NCBI GenBank assembly: GCA_903821395.1
Contig: CAIJLJ010000099.1
Span: 497 to 64,496 of the forward strand
Direction: 5' to 3'
Source: an uncultured Solirubrobacterales bacterium
GTDB lineage: Bacteria > Actinomycetota > Thermoleophilia > Solirubrobacterales > Solirubrobacteraceae
DNA length: 64,000 nt
Below, piece by piece: positions 23,714 through 32,771 of the stretch. The position numbers and the translations under genes were made by a program. How positions within the stretch are numbered: the stretch's first letter is position 1; the number at the start of each line of letters is the position of its first letter. Under the pieces are notes generated by a model. The model did not search any database, had not been told where the DNA came from, and saw nothing but the letters and a program-made list of their open reading frames with translations.

Positions 23714-25167
23714 TGACTACCACCGCCGTACTAACCGACAACGACTACAAGGTTGCCGACCTCGAGCTGGCCGAATTTGGTCGCAAAGAGATCCGCCTTG
23801 CTGAGAACGAGATGCCTGGCTTGATGAAGACTCGCGAAGAGTTTGCTGCCGCTCAGCCGCTTAAGGGCGCTCGCATCACCGGCTCGCTCCACATGACGAT
23901 CCAGACCGCTGTGCTGATCGAGACACTGGTTGCGCTCGGCGCCGACGTTCGCTGGTGCTCATGCAACATCTTCTCAACCCAGGATCACGCCGCCGCCGCG
24001 GTCGTAGTAGGGCCTGAAGGAACCGTCGACCAGCCGACCGGCGTTCCCGTCTTCGCTTGGAAGGGCGAAACGCTGGAGGAGTACTGGTGGTGCACTGAGC
24101 AGGCCGTCAACTGGCCTGACGGTGGCCCGAACATGATCCTCGACGACGGCGGCGACGCAACGATGCTGGTCCACAAGGGCCGCGAGTACGAAGCCGCGGG
24201 GGCAGTTCCTAACCCGGCCGACGCCGAGTCAGAGGAGTTCCAAGTATTCCTCGGCCTGCTGCAGCGCTCGCTAACAGAGGATGCCGAGCGCTACACAAAG
24301 CTCGCCGCTGGCATCAAGGGCGTCACAGAAGAGACGACTACCGGCGTTCTTCGCCTTACACAGATGGCCGAGAATGGAGATCTGCTGTTCCCTGCGATCA
24401 ACGTCAACGACTCGGTAACGAAGTCGAAGTTCGACAATCTCTACGGCTGCCGCCACTCGCTGGTCGACGGAATCTTCCGCGCCACCGACGTGATGCTGGC
24501 CGGCAAGACGGCCGTCGTCTGCGGCTTCGGTGACGTCGGTAAGGGCTCGGCTGAATCGCTGCGCGCGCAGGGTGCTCGCGTGATCGTCACGGAGATCGAC
24601 CCGATCTGCGCACTCCAAGCCTCGATGCAGGGCTACCAGGTCGACACGCTCGAGAACAATCTCGAGAGCGGCGACATCTTCATCACGACCACCGGCAACC
24701 GCGACATCATCACGGTTGAGCAGATGGCTCGAATGAAGCACCAAGCGATCGTCGGCAACATCGGCCACTTCGATAATGAGATCGACATTGCCGGGCTGAT
24801 GGAGCTGAGCGGTATTACGCGCAACAACATCAAGCCGCAGGTAGATGAGTGGATCTTCCCTAGCGGCAACTCGATCATCATGCTCTCAGAAGGGCGCCTG
24901 TTGAACCTCGGCAACGCGACCGGCCACCCGTCGTTCGTAATGTCGGCCTCGTTCACGAACCAGACGATCGCTCAGATCGAACTGTTCACGAAGAACGATG
25001 AGTACGAGAAGCAGGTCTACGTGCTGCCCAAGCACCTTGATGAGAAGGTCGCGCGGCTCCACCTTGACGCGCTGAACATCAATCTGACTGAGCTGCGTGA
25101 CGATCAGGCCGCTTACATCGGCGTACCGGTCGAAGGCCCGTACAAGCCCGACAGCTACCGCTACTAA
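23713..25167 (+). CDS. ahcY: S-adenosylhomocysteine hydrolase, canonical long type (start moved to ATG 23713)
   Basis: [57 protein letters not shown] coupling to merR. Confidence 0.97.
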   Translation: MTTTAVLTDNDYKVADLELAEFGRKEIRLAENEMPGLMKTREEFAAAQPLKGARITGSLHMTIQTAVLIETLVALGADVRWCSCNIFSTQDHAAAAVVVGPEGTVDQPTGVPVFAWKGETLEEYWWCTEQAVNWPDGGPNMILDDGGDATMLVHKGREYEAAGAVPNPADAESEEFQVFLGLLQRSLTEDAERYTKLAAGIKGVTEETTTGVLRLTQMAENGDLLFPAINVNDSVTKSKFDNLYGCRHSLVDGIFRATDVMLAGKTAVVCGFGDVGKGSAESLRAQGARVIVTEIDPICALQASMQGYQVDTLENNLESGDIFITTTGNRDIITVEQMARMKHQAIVGNIGHFDNEIDIAGLMELSGITRNNIKPQVDEWIFPSGNSIIMLSEGRLLNLGNATGHPSFVMSASFTNQTIAQIELFTKNDEYEKQVYVLPKHLDEKVARLHLDALNINLTELRDDQAAYIGVPVEGPYKPDSYRY

Positions 25168-25177
25168 GGAGTCAGTC

Positions 25178-26443
25178 CTGCCCAAATCTGACGTTGCAGA
25201 CTTGACCCTCGCCGCCTCCGGGCTGGCGAGGATCGAGTGGGCGGCCGGGCAGATGCCGGTGCTCAGCCGCGTCGCCGAGCGCTTCGCAGCCGAGCGGCCG
25301 CTGGAGGGCGTGAAGATCGCGATCTGCCTCCACGTGACGGCTGAGACCGCGAACCTCGTCCGCGCGCTCTCCGGTGCAGGCGCTGAGGTTGCGCTCTGCT
25401 CTGCCAATCCGCTCTCAACGCAAGATGATGTTGCCGCGGCGCTGGTTGATAACGACGGAATTGAAGTCCACGCGGTCCACGGAGAGACGCTGGCCCAGTA
25501 CCGCGAGCACGTTGCTGCGCTTGTCTCGGGCCAGCCGCAGATTGCGATCGACGATGGCGCCGAGCTGATCGAGGCTCTGCACAGCGGCGATGACGCGGCG
25601 GCAGGGCAGATGATTGGCGCGACTGAGGAGACGACGACCGGCCTTGTACAGCTGCGCGCGCTTGAACTTTCAGGCGGGCTCGCCTGCCCGGTTATCGCGG
25701 TTAACGAATCGCGCACGGAACGCGCTTTCAATGACCGTTATGGGACAGGTCAGTCGACGATCGACGGGATTTTGCGCGCAACGAACGTTCTGCTGGCCGG
25801 GGCCGTAGTAGTCGTGGTCGGCTATGGCTGGACGGGCAAGGGGATTGCGCTGCGCGCAAAAGGGCTTGGAGCGACTGTGATCGTCTGCGAAGTTGATCCA
25901 TTGCGCGCGCTTGAGGCGCGCATGGAGGGCTTCGAAGTTATGCCTTCGCTCGAGGCGGCTGCACGTGGCGATGTCTTCATCACAGTTACAGGTGGCCGCG
26001 AGGTTCTGAGCGAGCAGCACTTCGTGGCGATGCGTGACGGTGCGATTCTTGCCAATGCCGGGCACTTCGACGTTGAGATTGATCTGCCGGCGCTGGAGCG
26101 CGTCGCTGGCTCACGGCGTGAGGTGCGCCCGCTGGTCGAGGAGTTTGAGATCAACGGACGGCGGATCAATCTGCTTGCCCATGGACGGGTTGTGAACCTG
26201 GCAGCTGCGGATGGTCACCCATCCGCGGTGATGGACCTCTCGTTCGCATCGCAGGCGCTCGTCGTGGAAGGGCTCGTGAAGGCCGACGAGCCGCTCAGCG
26301 CCGCGGTTCATCGGGTTCCAGAAGCCGTTGATCGCGAGGTTGCCAGACTGAAGCTCGACGCGCTTGGTGTTGCAATTGATTCGCTCACCGACCAGCAGCT
26401 CGCCTACCTGAAGGTCTTCTCGCCGGCGCCGCACGACGGCTGA
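25178..26443 (+). CDS. Second SAH hydrolase-family protein (short type) with substituted catalytic motif; probable CTG start
   Basis: CLHVTAET, NPLSTQDD, EETTTG, RYGTGQS, GYGWTGKG, GHFD, GHP; AAGGAG then 6 nt then in-frame CTG. Confidence 0.88.
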   Translation: MPKSDVADLTLAASGLARIEWAAGQMPVLSRVAERFAAERPLEGVKIAICLHVTAETANLVRALSGAGAEVALCSANPLSTQDDVAAALVDNDGIEVHAVHGETLAQYREHVAALVSGQPQIAIDDGAELIEALHSGDDAAAGQMIGATEETTTGLVQLRALELSGGLACPVIAVNESRTERAFNDRYGTGQSTIDGILRATNVLLAGAVVVVVGYGWTGKGIALRAKGLGATVIVCEVDPLRALEARMEGFEVMPSLEAAARGDVFITVTGGREVLSEQHFVAMRDGAILANAGHFDVEIDLPALERVAGSRREVRPLVEEFEINGRRINLLAHGRVVNLAAADGHPSAVMDLSFASQALVVEGLVKADEPLSAAVHRVPEAVDREVARLKLDALGVAIDSLTDQQLAYLKVFSPAPHDG

Positions 26444-26463
26444 GTGCGCCGAGCTGTGCGACG

Positions 26464-27864
26464 ATGGCGGCCGTGAGCGACGAAGCGACAGCAGCGGCAA
26501 TCGCCAAGCTCGAGGCCGATGGCGCTGCCTCAGCGACGATCGCGACCTTCGCCGGGCAGCTAGAGCGGCTTGCGGCAGGCGATCTCGGGATGTTGCCGGA
26601 GTCTGGGCTCGAACCGGTCACCGAACTTCCGGATGCCGAGTCGCTCGAAGTCGACGGGGGTGCGATCGCTGCGCTCCTTGATCAGACCGTCGTGATCAAG
26701 CTCAACGGTGGCCTCGGAACGAGCATGGGGTTGGCCGGCCCGAAGTCGCTGCTCGAAGTGAAGGACGGGCTTACCTTCCTCGACATTACGGCGCGCCAGA
26801 TTGAGGCGCTGCGAAATGAGCACGGCGGCGCAAGACTGCCGCTGGTGCTGCTCGACAGCTTCCGCACGCGTGAGCCTTCGCTGGCTGCTTTGGCTTCCTA
26901 CGGGCCGCTTTCGGGCGATCTTCCACCAGATTTTCTTCAGGGTCGAGTGCCCAAGCTGGTCGACGACGGCAGCTTCGCTCCGGTCGCCTGGGCCGCCGAC
27001 CCCGAGCTGGAGTGGAGCCCTCCTGGTCACGGAGACGTCTACCCGGCGCTGGTTGGCTCCGGCATGCTAGAGCAGATGCTCGCTGCGGGCTACCGCTACG
27101 CCTTCGTCGCTAACGCCGACAACCTCGGCGCCGTGCTCGACCCGGCGATCCTCTGCTGGATCGCTGCTGAGCAGGCACCGTTCGTGATGGAAGTTGCCGA
27201 CCGCACCGCCGCCGACCGTAAAGGCGGCCACCTCGCGCGGCGTGCCGACGGAACGCTGGTGCTGCGCGAGATCGCGCAGACGCCCGATCAAGATCTCGAG
27301 GCGTTTGCCAACACTGAACGCCACCGCTACTTCAACACCAACAGCATCTGGCTCGATCTGCAGGCGTTGAGCGCCGCGCTCGGGGATGACGGCGTGATCG
27401 ACCTACCGATGATCGTCAATCGCAAAAACGTTGATCCGTCGGACCCAAATTCCACGCCGGTCGTCCAGCTGGAGTCGGCGATCGGCGCGGCGATCGCGGC
27501 GATCCCCGGCGCGAGGGCGATCCGCGTGCCGCGCTCTCGCTTTCTGCCGGTAAAGACGACCGATGACCTGCTGGTATTGCGCTCCGACGCCTACGAGCTC
27601 GGCGCCGACGGCCAGCTCGCTCTGGCGGCGACCTGTGCTGGTCGCGCGCCGCTCGTCGAGCTGGACGGCGATCACTTCCGCTTGATCGACGAATTCGAAC
27701 GCCACTTCGCGCAGGGCGCCCCGTCGCTTGTGGCCGCCGAGCGCTTGACCGTCAAAGGCGACGTCAGCTTCGGTTTGGGCGTATCGGTAAGCGGCGCCGT
27801 CACCGTTGAGGCCGCGGCCGGCGAATCGCTGCAGGTCGAAGACGGCGCGACGCTCAGCGGCTAA
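26464..27864 (+). CDS. UTP--glucose-1-phosphate uridylyltransferase (eukaryote-like UDPGP family)
   Basis: KLNGGLGTSMG, WSPPGHGD, NADNLGA, KGG, FNTN, RFLPVK. Confidence 0.93.
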   Translation: MAAVSDEATAAAIAKLEADGAASATIATFAGQLERLAAGDLGMLPESGLEPVTELPDAESLEVDGGAIAALLDQTVVIKLNGGLGTSMGLAGPKSLLEVKDGLTFLDITARQIEALRNEHGGARLPLVLLDSFRTREPSLAALASYGPLSGDLPPDFLQGRVPKLVDDGSFAPVAWAADPELEWSPPGHGDVYPALVGSGMLEQMLAAGYRYAFVANADNLGAVLDPAILCWIAAEQAPFVMEVADRTAADRKGGHLARRADGTLVLREIAQTPDQDLEAFANTERHRYFNTNSIWLDLQALSAALGDDGVIDLPMIVNRKNVDPSDPNSTPVVQLESAIGAAIAAIPGARAIRVPRSRFLPVKTTDDLLVLRSDAYELGADGQLALAATCAGRAPLVELDGDHFRLIDEFERHFAQGAPSLVAAERLTVKGDVSFGLGVSVSGAVTVEAAAGESLQVEDGATLSG

Positions 27865-28718
27865 TTGCGCTGCTCTTCGGCGCGATCTTCGAGCGCTTCG
27901 CGACGCTCCTGCTCGCGCTCGCTCTGATCGATCGCGCGGAACAATAGGTACGCCAGTGCGACACCCATCACGATCGTCTGCTCGAGCGCCATCAGCTCGC
28001 CGCCGATCTGCTGATCAACCCCCGCGCTGAGGCCGAATATCCCCTCACGGAGCTCGTAATACGAATAGAGCGGATTGGGCGCGAAGGTCAAGGCGATCCC
28101 CAGTAGCCCAACACCGATCTTGGTCGACATCATGTACAGCAGTGGGCCCATCACGCCGCCGCGGAAGCGTGAGCGGATCGGCGAGAGCAGCTGCCACCAG
28201 TAAAGAAAACCGACGCTTAGGAAGCAGACATGTTCGAGCACGTGGACGGTGACGTTCTCAAGCGCTGAGTCGTAAGCCGCTGGGACGTGCCAAGCCCACA
28301 TCGCGACGATGTAGAGCACGACTGCAACCCACGGGTGCATCAGCGGACCGAGCGCTCGCTCCAGCGCTTGTAGGCGCCGCGTGGCTGGTCGCAGCAGAAT
28401 CTTGTTCAGGCCGAGGATGCAGAAAATAGGCACAAGGTCGAGCAGCAACATGTGCTGGGCCATGTGGAAGCTGAACGACTGCTCTGCGAGCAAATCGATC
28501 GGAGAGATCAATGCGACCGCCAGCCAGATCAGGCCTAGAAGGAAGCTGAGCAGTCGCCAGACCGGTGCTGCGAGCGCTCCGTCGCTTGAACGCACGCGCC
28601 ACCAGCGCGGCAGATACAGCCCGCCAAGGATGAGGATCATCAAGATCGGCCCTGGGTCGATCGTCCACGAGAGATCTGCCGCGGCGGCGAGCGGAGGAAT
28701 CAAAGTTGGCACCGACAT
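27861..28718 (-). CDS. Cytochrome c oxidase assembly factor (CtaG/caa3 type; start moved to ATG 28718)
   Basis: SPID..AEQSFSFHMAQHMLL, WAWHVP..YD, HVLEH, DQQIGG. Confidence 0.88.
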   Translation of the reverse strand: MSVPTLIPPLAAAADLSWTIDPGPILMILILGGLYLPRWWRVRSSDGALAAPVWRLLSFLLGLIWLAVALISPIDLLAEQSFSFHMAQHMLLLDLVPIFCILGLNKILLRPATRRLQALERALGPLMHPWVAVVLYIVAMWAWHVPAAYDSALENVTVHVLEHVCFLSVGFLYWWQLLSPIRSRFRGGVMGPLLYMMSTKIGVGLLGIALTFAPNPLYSYYELREGIFGLSAGVDQQIGGELMALEQTIVMGVALAYLLFRAIDQSEREQERREALEDRAEEQRN

Positions 28719-28780
28719 GACACTTGATCGTCGCAGACCGCTGCTGGCTGCGATGCGAGCGAGCAGTGAAGCTGAGCAAA

Positions 28781-29410
28781 GTGTTCCGCGCTGCGCTCGA
28801 TCTCGTCGTTCCGCCGCTCTGCTGGGTCTGCCGCGAACCAGCTCGTGGGCGACTCTGCGGTCACTGTCGCCAGCAGCTTCCATGGATCGAGCCGCTGGTA
28901 CCGCGCCGCCGCGGGAGCGTTCTCCAACAGCAGTGGTCGCCACTGGAGTTCGAAGGCCCCGCACGCGCCCTCGTTCATGCGCTGAAGTTCCACTCGGCGA
29001 CCGCGCTCGCAGCGCTAATGGCTGAGCATCTTGTGGACGCGTTGCCACCTCGCGCTTTTCCTGACGATGCCACGCTCGTCCCCGTTCCAGCTAACGCACG
29101 CCGCCTACGCCAGCGGGGCTTTGACCACGCCGATCTGCTCGCCAGTGCGCTAGCTCGGCGTGTTCGACTTCCACTTGATCGCCCGCTTCGGCGCGAAACA
29201 TCAGTCTTCAACGGGCAGCGTGGCTTGGGGCGCAGCGATCGCTTGAGCGGCCGCGGACTGCAGGTCACCGCTGCTGGCGCGGTGCCGTCTCGAGCGATCC
29301 TGGTTGACGATGTGTGTACTACCGGGGCGACACTCGAGCGCTGCGCAAAGGCGCTACTTGGCGCCGGAGCTTTCCGCGTCGGCGCTGTTACTTATTGCAC
29401 TGTTCCGTAG
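28781..29410 (+). CDS. comF: ComF family phosphoribosyltransferase-like protein (start 28766 or 28781)
   Basis: CWVC/CGHC zinc ribbon, RGFDHA, LVDDVCTTGATL; precedes hpf. Confidence 0.85.
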   Translation: MFRAALDLVVPPLCWVCREPARGRLCGHCRQQLPWIEPLVPRRRGSVLQQQWSPLEFEGPARALVHALKFHSATALAALMAEHLVDALPPRAFPDDATLVPVPANARRLRQRGFDHADLLASALARRVRLPLDRPLRRETSVFNGQRGLGRSDRLSGRGLQVTAAGAVPSRAILVDDVCTTGATLERCAKALLGAGAFRVGAVTYCTVP

Positions 29411-29420
29411 CGCTTCGCGG

Positions 29421-29429
29421 TGGTACATT
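29421..29429 (+). promoter_or_regulatory. Extended -10 element (TGgTACATT) upstream of hpf
   Basis: TGn-TANNNT about 32 nt before the ATG, with AAGGA Shine-Dalgarno between. Confidence 0.5.
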
Positions 29430-29461
29430 GGAAGTACCTCCATCACGAAAAAGGACTCCCT

Positions 29462-29815
29462 ATGCGTATCGACCTGACCGGGACCAATATCGAGATCAAT
29501 GGAGAACTGCGTGCGCTTGTAGCCAAGCGCTTCGCCAAGATCAAGCGCCGAGTGCCCGAGGATGTGCACTGTGAGGTGATCCTCGCCGAGGAGCACAATC
29601 CAAAGATCGCTGATGGCCAGAAGGCCGAAGCGAACTTGCACATCAAGGGCGGCACGATTAACGCGAAGGCTCACGAGCGTGACATGGCAGTCGCGATTGG
29701 TCACATCGCCGACGAAGTCGTGCGTCAACTCAACCGCCGAAGCGAGCGGGCTCGCGCTCGTAGCCGGGCCGGCGCCGACACGATCCGCCACGGTCACCCG
29801 GAAGGAGCCGTGTAA
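29462..29815 (+). CDS. hpf: Ribosome hibernation promoting factor (HPF/RaiA)
   Basis: MRIDLTGTNIEI...AEANLHIKG...DMAVAI...VRQL; position comF-hpf-secA. Confidence 0.85.
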   Translation: MRIDLTGTNIEINGELRALVAKRFAKIKRRVPEDVHCEVILAEEHNPKIADGQKAEANLHIKGGTINAKAHERDMAVAIGHIADEVVRQLNRRSERARARSRAGADTIRHGHPEGAV

Positions 29816-29855
29816 GGAGGCTCGCTGGCCGCCGCGCGCGGCTACACTTTGAGCA

Positions 29856-32726
29856 ATGGGTTTGCTCGAAAAAGCGCTGAATGTCGGCGAGGGAAAGCAG
29901 TTTCGTCAGTACGAGAAACGAGTTTCAGAGATCGCCGCCTTTGAGGATCAACTAATCGCGCTCAGCGACGATGAGTTGCGCGGCCGGATGGACGTGCTGC
30001 GCGAGCGAGTACGCGAGCAGGGTGAGTCGCTCGACGAGGTGCTCCCGGAGTGCTTCGCGATCGTCCGCGAAGCCGGCCGTCGCTTCCTCAACATGCGCCA
30101 CTTCGACGTCCAGCTGATCGGCGGAATGGTGCTGCACGGAGGCAACATCGCTGAGATGAAGACCGGCGAAGGCAAGACGCTTACGGCAACGCTTGCTGTC
30201 TGCCTCAACGCGCTCTCGAACAAGGGCGTCCATCTTGTGACGGTCAACGACTACCTCGCTCGTCGTGACGCGGAGTGGATGAGCCCGATCTACGACGGGC
30301 TTGGCTTCAGCTGGGGCGTACTGCAAAACATGCAGGATCCGGAAGAGAAGCTGGCCGCCTACGCCGCCGACATCACCTACGGGACGAACTCCGAATTCGG
30401 CTTCGATTACCTCCGCGACAACATGGCGCAGACGCTTGAGGAGAAGGTTCAGCACGGCGGGCGAATTGGCGAGGACGGTCGCCCGGTTGCGATGCATAAC
30501 TTCGCGATTGTTGATGAGGTCGACAACATCTTGATCGACGAGGCGCGGACGCCGCTGATCATCTCCGGCGCGCCTGAGGCGGCTGCCGATTCATACGCCA
30601 AGTTCGCCAAGCTGGCGCCGCAGATGGTCGCTGGCAAGACGCCCGAGGGGATGGACCCGCGCGCGAAGAAGGATTTTGTTGCCGACTTCGACTACGAGTT
30701 CGACGAGAAGCACAAGACCGTTGCGATTACCGAGCGCGGCGTTTCGAAGGCCGAGCAGTTCATGAACATCGACCACCTATACCGCGCTGAGAATGGGCCG
30801 CTGGTCAACCACCTCATTCAGTCGCTTAAGGCGCAGAGCCTTTACAAGCGCGACGTCGACTACGCCGTGATCGACGGCGAAGTAAGGATCATTGATGAGT
30901 TCACCGGGCGAATCCTTGAGGGTCGCCGCTGGTCGGAGGGCCTCCATCAGGCAGTCGAGGCAAAGGAGGGCGTCCGCGTTCAAGAGGAGAACCAGACGCT
31001 CGCCACGATCACGCTGCAGAACTTCTTCCGCCTCTACGACAAGCTTTCGGGAATGACCGGCACCGCGCTAACTGAGGCGACCGAGTTCATGAAGATCTAC
31101 GAGCTCGGCGTCGTGCAAGTGCCAACCAACCAAGGGCTCGTGCGCGAAGACCAGAACGATCAGATCTACAAGACGAAAGAAGGCAAGTGGAGCGCGGTCG
31201 TACGTGAGATCGAAGCGCGCCACGCGATCGGTCAACCGGTCCTAGTCGGAACAATTTCGGTCGAGATTTCAGAGCTGCTTGGTTCGATGCTCGGCGAGCG
31301 TGGCATCCCACACACGGTGCTAAACGCAAAGCCCGAGTACGCCGAACGAGAAGGCGAGATTATCGCTGAGGCCGGCCGCCCCGGGGCAGTCACGATCGCG
31401 ACCAACATGGCTGGCCGTGGGGTTGACATCAAGCTCGGCGGCAGCCCCGAGCATCTCGCGCGCGAAGAGTTGATCGCCAGTGGAGTGAAGCCGCACGAGC
31501 CTGAGTTCGCTGAGCAGATGCCGGCGCTGATCGTCGAGCAAGAAGCAAAGGTCGCCGATGCACGCGAAGCCGTGCTAGAGGCCGGGGGGCTATTCATCGT
31601 CGGCACCGAACGCCACGAGTCGCGCCGGATTGACAACCAGCTGCGCGGCCGCGCCGGTCGTCAAGGTGACCCTGGTGAATCGCGCTTCTTCCTCAGCGCC
31701 GAGGATGATCTCGTCCGCCTGTTTGCTGGCGACCGGATCTACAAGATCCTTGATCGGCTCGGCGGCACCGACGAAGACGGCAACGAGGAGCCGATCGAGG
31801 CTGGGATGCTCTCGAAGCAGATCGAGAAGGCGCAGCGCAAGGTTGAGGAACAGAACTTCCTGATCCGTAAACGCGTGCTCGAGTACGACGATGTGATGAA
31901 TGAGCAGCGCCGCGTCGTCTACGCGTACCGCGATGAAGTCCTCGAAGGGGCCGACCTCGGTGACCAGGCCCGTACTGAGATTGCTGAAGTGGCACGCCGA
32001 CTCGTCGACGAGTACACGCCGAGCGACTACGTAGAGGACTGGGATCTCGCAGGCCTGTTTGTGGCGCTGAGCGACATCATGCCGGTCGGAACGCTCGACC
32101 ATGAGCTGACTGCAGCCTCGGTCCTCGCCAGCAACCTTGACCGCGAGTCACTGAGCGACCGTGTAGTCGCAGAAGCGATGGCGCTCTACGACGGGCGCGA
32201 AGAAGAGCTCGGCGACGAGCTGATGCGCGCGCTTGAGCGCTACCTGCTGCTGCAGACGATCGATCAGCGCTGGAAAGAGCACCTCTACGACATGGACTAC
32301 CTGCGCGAGGGAATCCATCTGCGCGGCTTTGCCCAGATCGATCCGCTCGTTGCCTACAAGAACGAGGCCTTCACGCTTTTTGGCGACCTGATGAACTCAA
32401 TCTGGGCCGACTTTGCGCGGATGGTCTACCACGTCGAAGTTGAGGTCGAGGTCGACCAGTCTGATGCCCCGATCCCGTTCGCCCCAGCGCCGGCCGCGCC
32501 GCTTGCCGCGCAGGCAATCAACTACTCGTCCGGTGGCGGTACCGGCGCGCTTGAGGCCGCCGCCGCTGGCGGTGCGGTTGCTGAGGTTGCCTACGCCGGC
32601 GACGAGGAGATGATCGAAGCTCAGCCGGTTGAGCAGCGCGTCCTCGACGCCGACGAGCAGGTCGGCCGCAACGACCCCTGCTGGTGCGGTTCAGGGCAGA
32701 AGTACAAGAAGTGCCACGGCGCCTGA
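29856..32726 (+). CDS. secA: Protein translocase subunit SecA
   Basis: MKTGEGKT, DEVD, ATNMAGRG, QLRGRAGRQGDPG, C-terminal GRNDPCWCGSG..YKKCHG. Confidence 0.98.
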   Translation: MGLLEKALNVGEGKQFRQYEKRVSEIAAFEDQLIALSDDELRGRMDVLRERVREQGESLDEVLPECFAIVREAGRRFLNMRHFDVQLIGGMVLHGGNIAEMKTGEGKTLTATLAVCLNALSNKGVHLVTVNDYLARRDAEWMSPIYDGLGFSWGVLQNMQDPEEKLAAYAADITYGTNSEFGFDYLRDNMAQTLEEKVQHGGRIGEDGRPVAMHNFAIVDEVDNILIDEARTPLIISGAPEAAADSYAKFAKLAPQMVAGKTPEGMDPRAKKDFVADFDYEFDEKHKTVAITERGVSKAEQFMNIDHLYRAENGPLVNHLIQSLKAQSLYKRDVDYAVIDGEVRIIDEFTGRILEGRRWSEGLHQAVEAKEGVRVQEENQTLATITLQNFFRLYDKLSGMTGTALTEATEFMKIYELGVVQVPTNQGLVREDQNDQIYKTKEGKWSAVVREIEARHAIGQPVLVGTISVEISELLGSMLGERGIPHTVLNAKPEYAEREGEIIAEAGRPGAVTIATNMAGRGVDIKLGGSPEHLAREELIASGVKPHEPEFAEQMPALIVEQEAKVADAREAVLEAGGLFIVGTERHESRRIDNQLRGRAGRQGDPGESRFFLSAEDDLVRLFAGDRIYKILDRLGGTDEDGNEEPIEAGMLSKQIEKAQRKVEEQNFLIRKRVLEYDDVMNEQRRVVYAYRDEVLEGADLGDQARTEIAEVARRLVDEYTPSDYVEDWDLAGLFVALSDIMPVGTLDHELTAASVLASNLDRESLSDRVVAEAMALYDGREEELGDELMRALERYLLLQTIDQRWKEHLYDMDYLREGIHLRGFAQIDPLVAYKNEAFTLFGDLMNSIWADFARMVYHVEVEVEVDQSDAPIPFAPAPAAPLAAQAINYSSGGGTGALEAAAAGGAVAEVAYAGDEEMIEAQPVEQRVLDADEQVGRNDPCWCGSGQKYKKCHGA

Positions 32727-32771
32727 GCCGCGTTCGGCGAGCAACCTCTCGCGCTGCTAGCGTCGCAAGTT

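Noticed and set aside
28719..29048. Long N-terminal extension of the CtaG-like ORF
   Set aside because: Arg/Ala-rich antisense read-through of comF; family similarity begins near ATG 28718.
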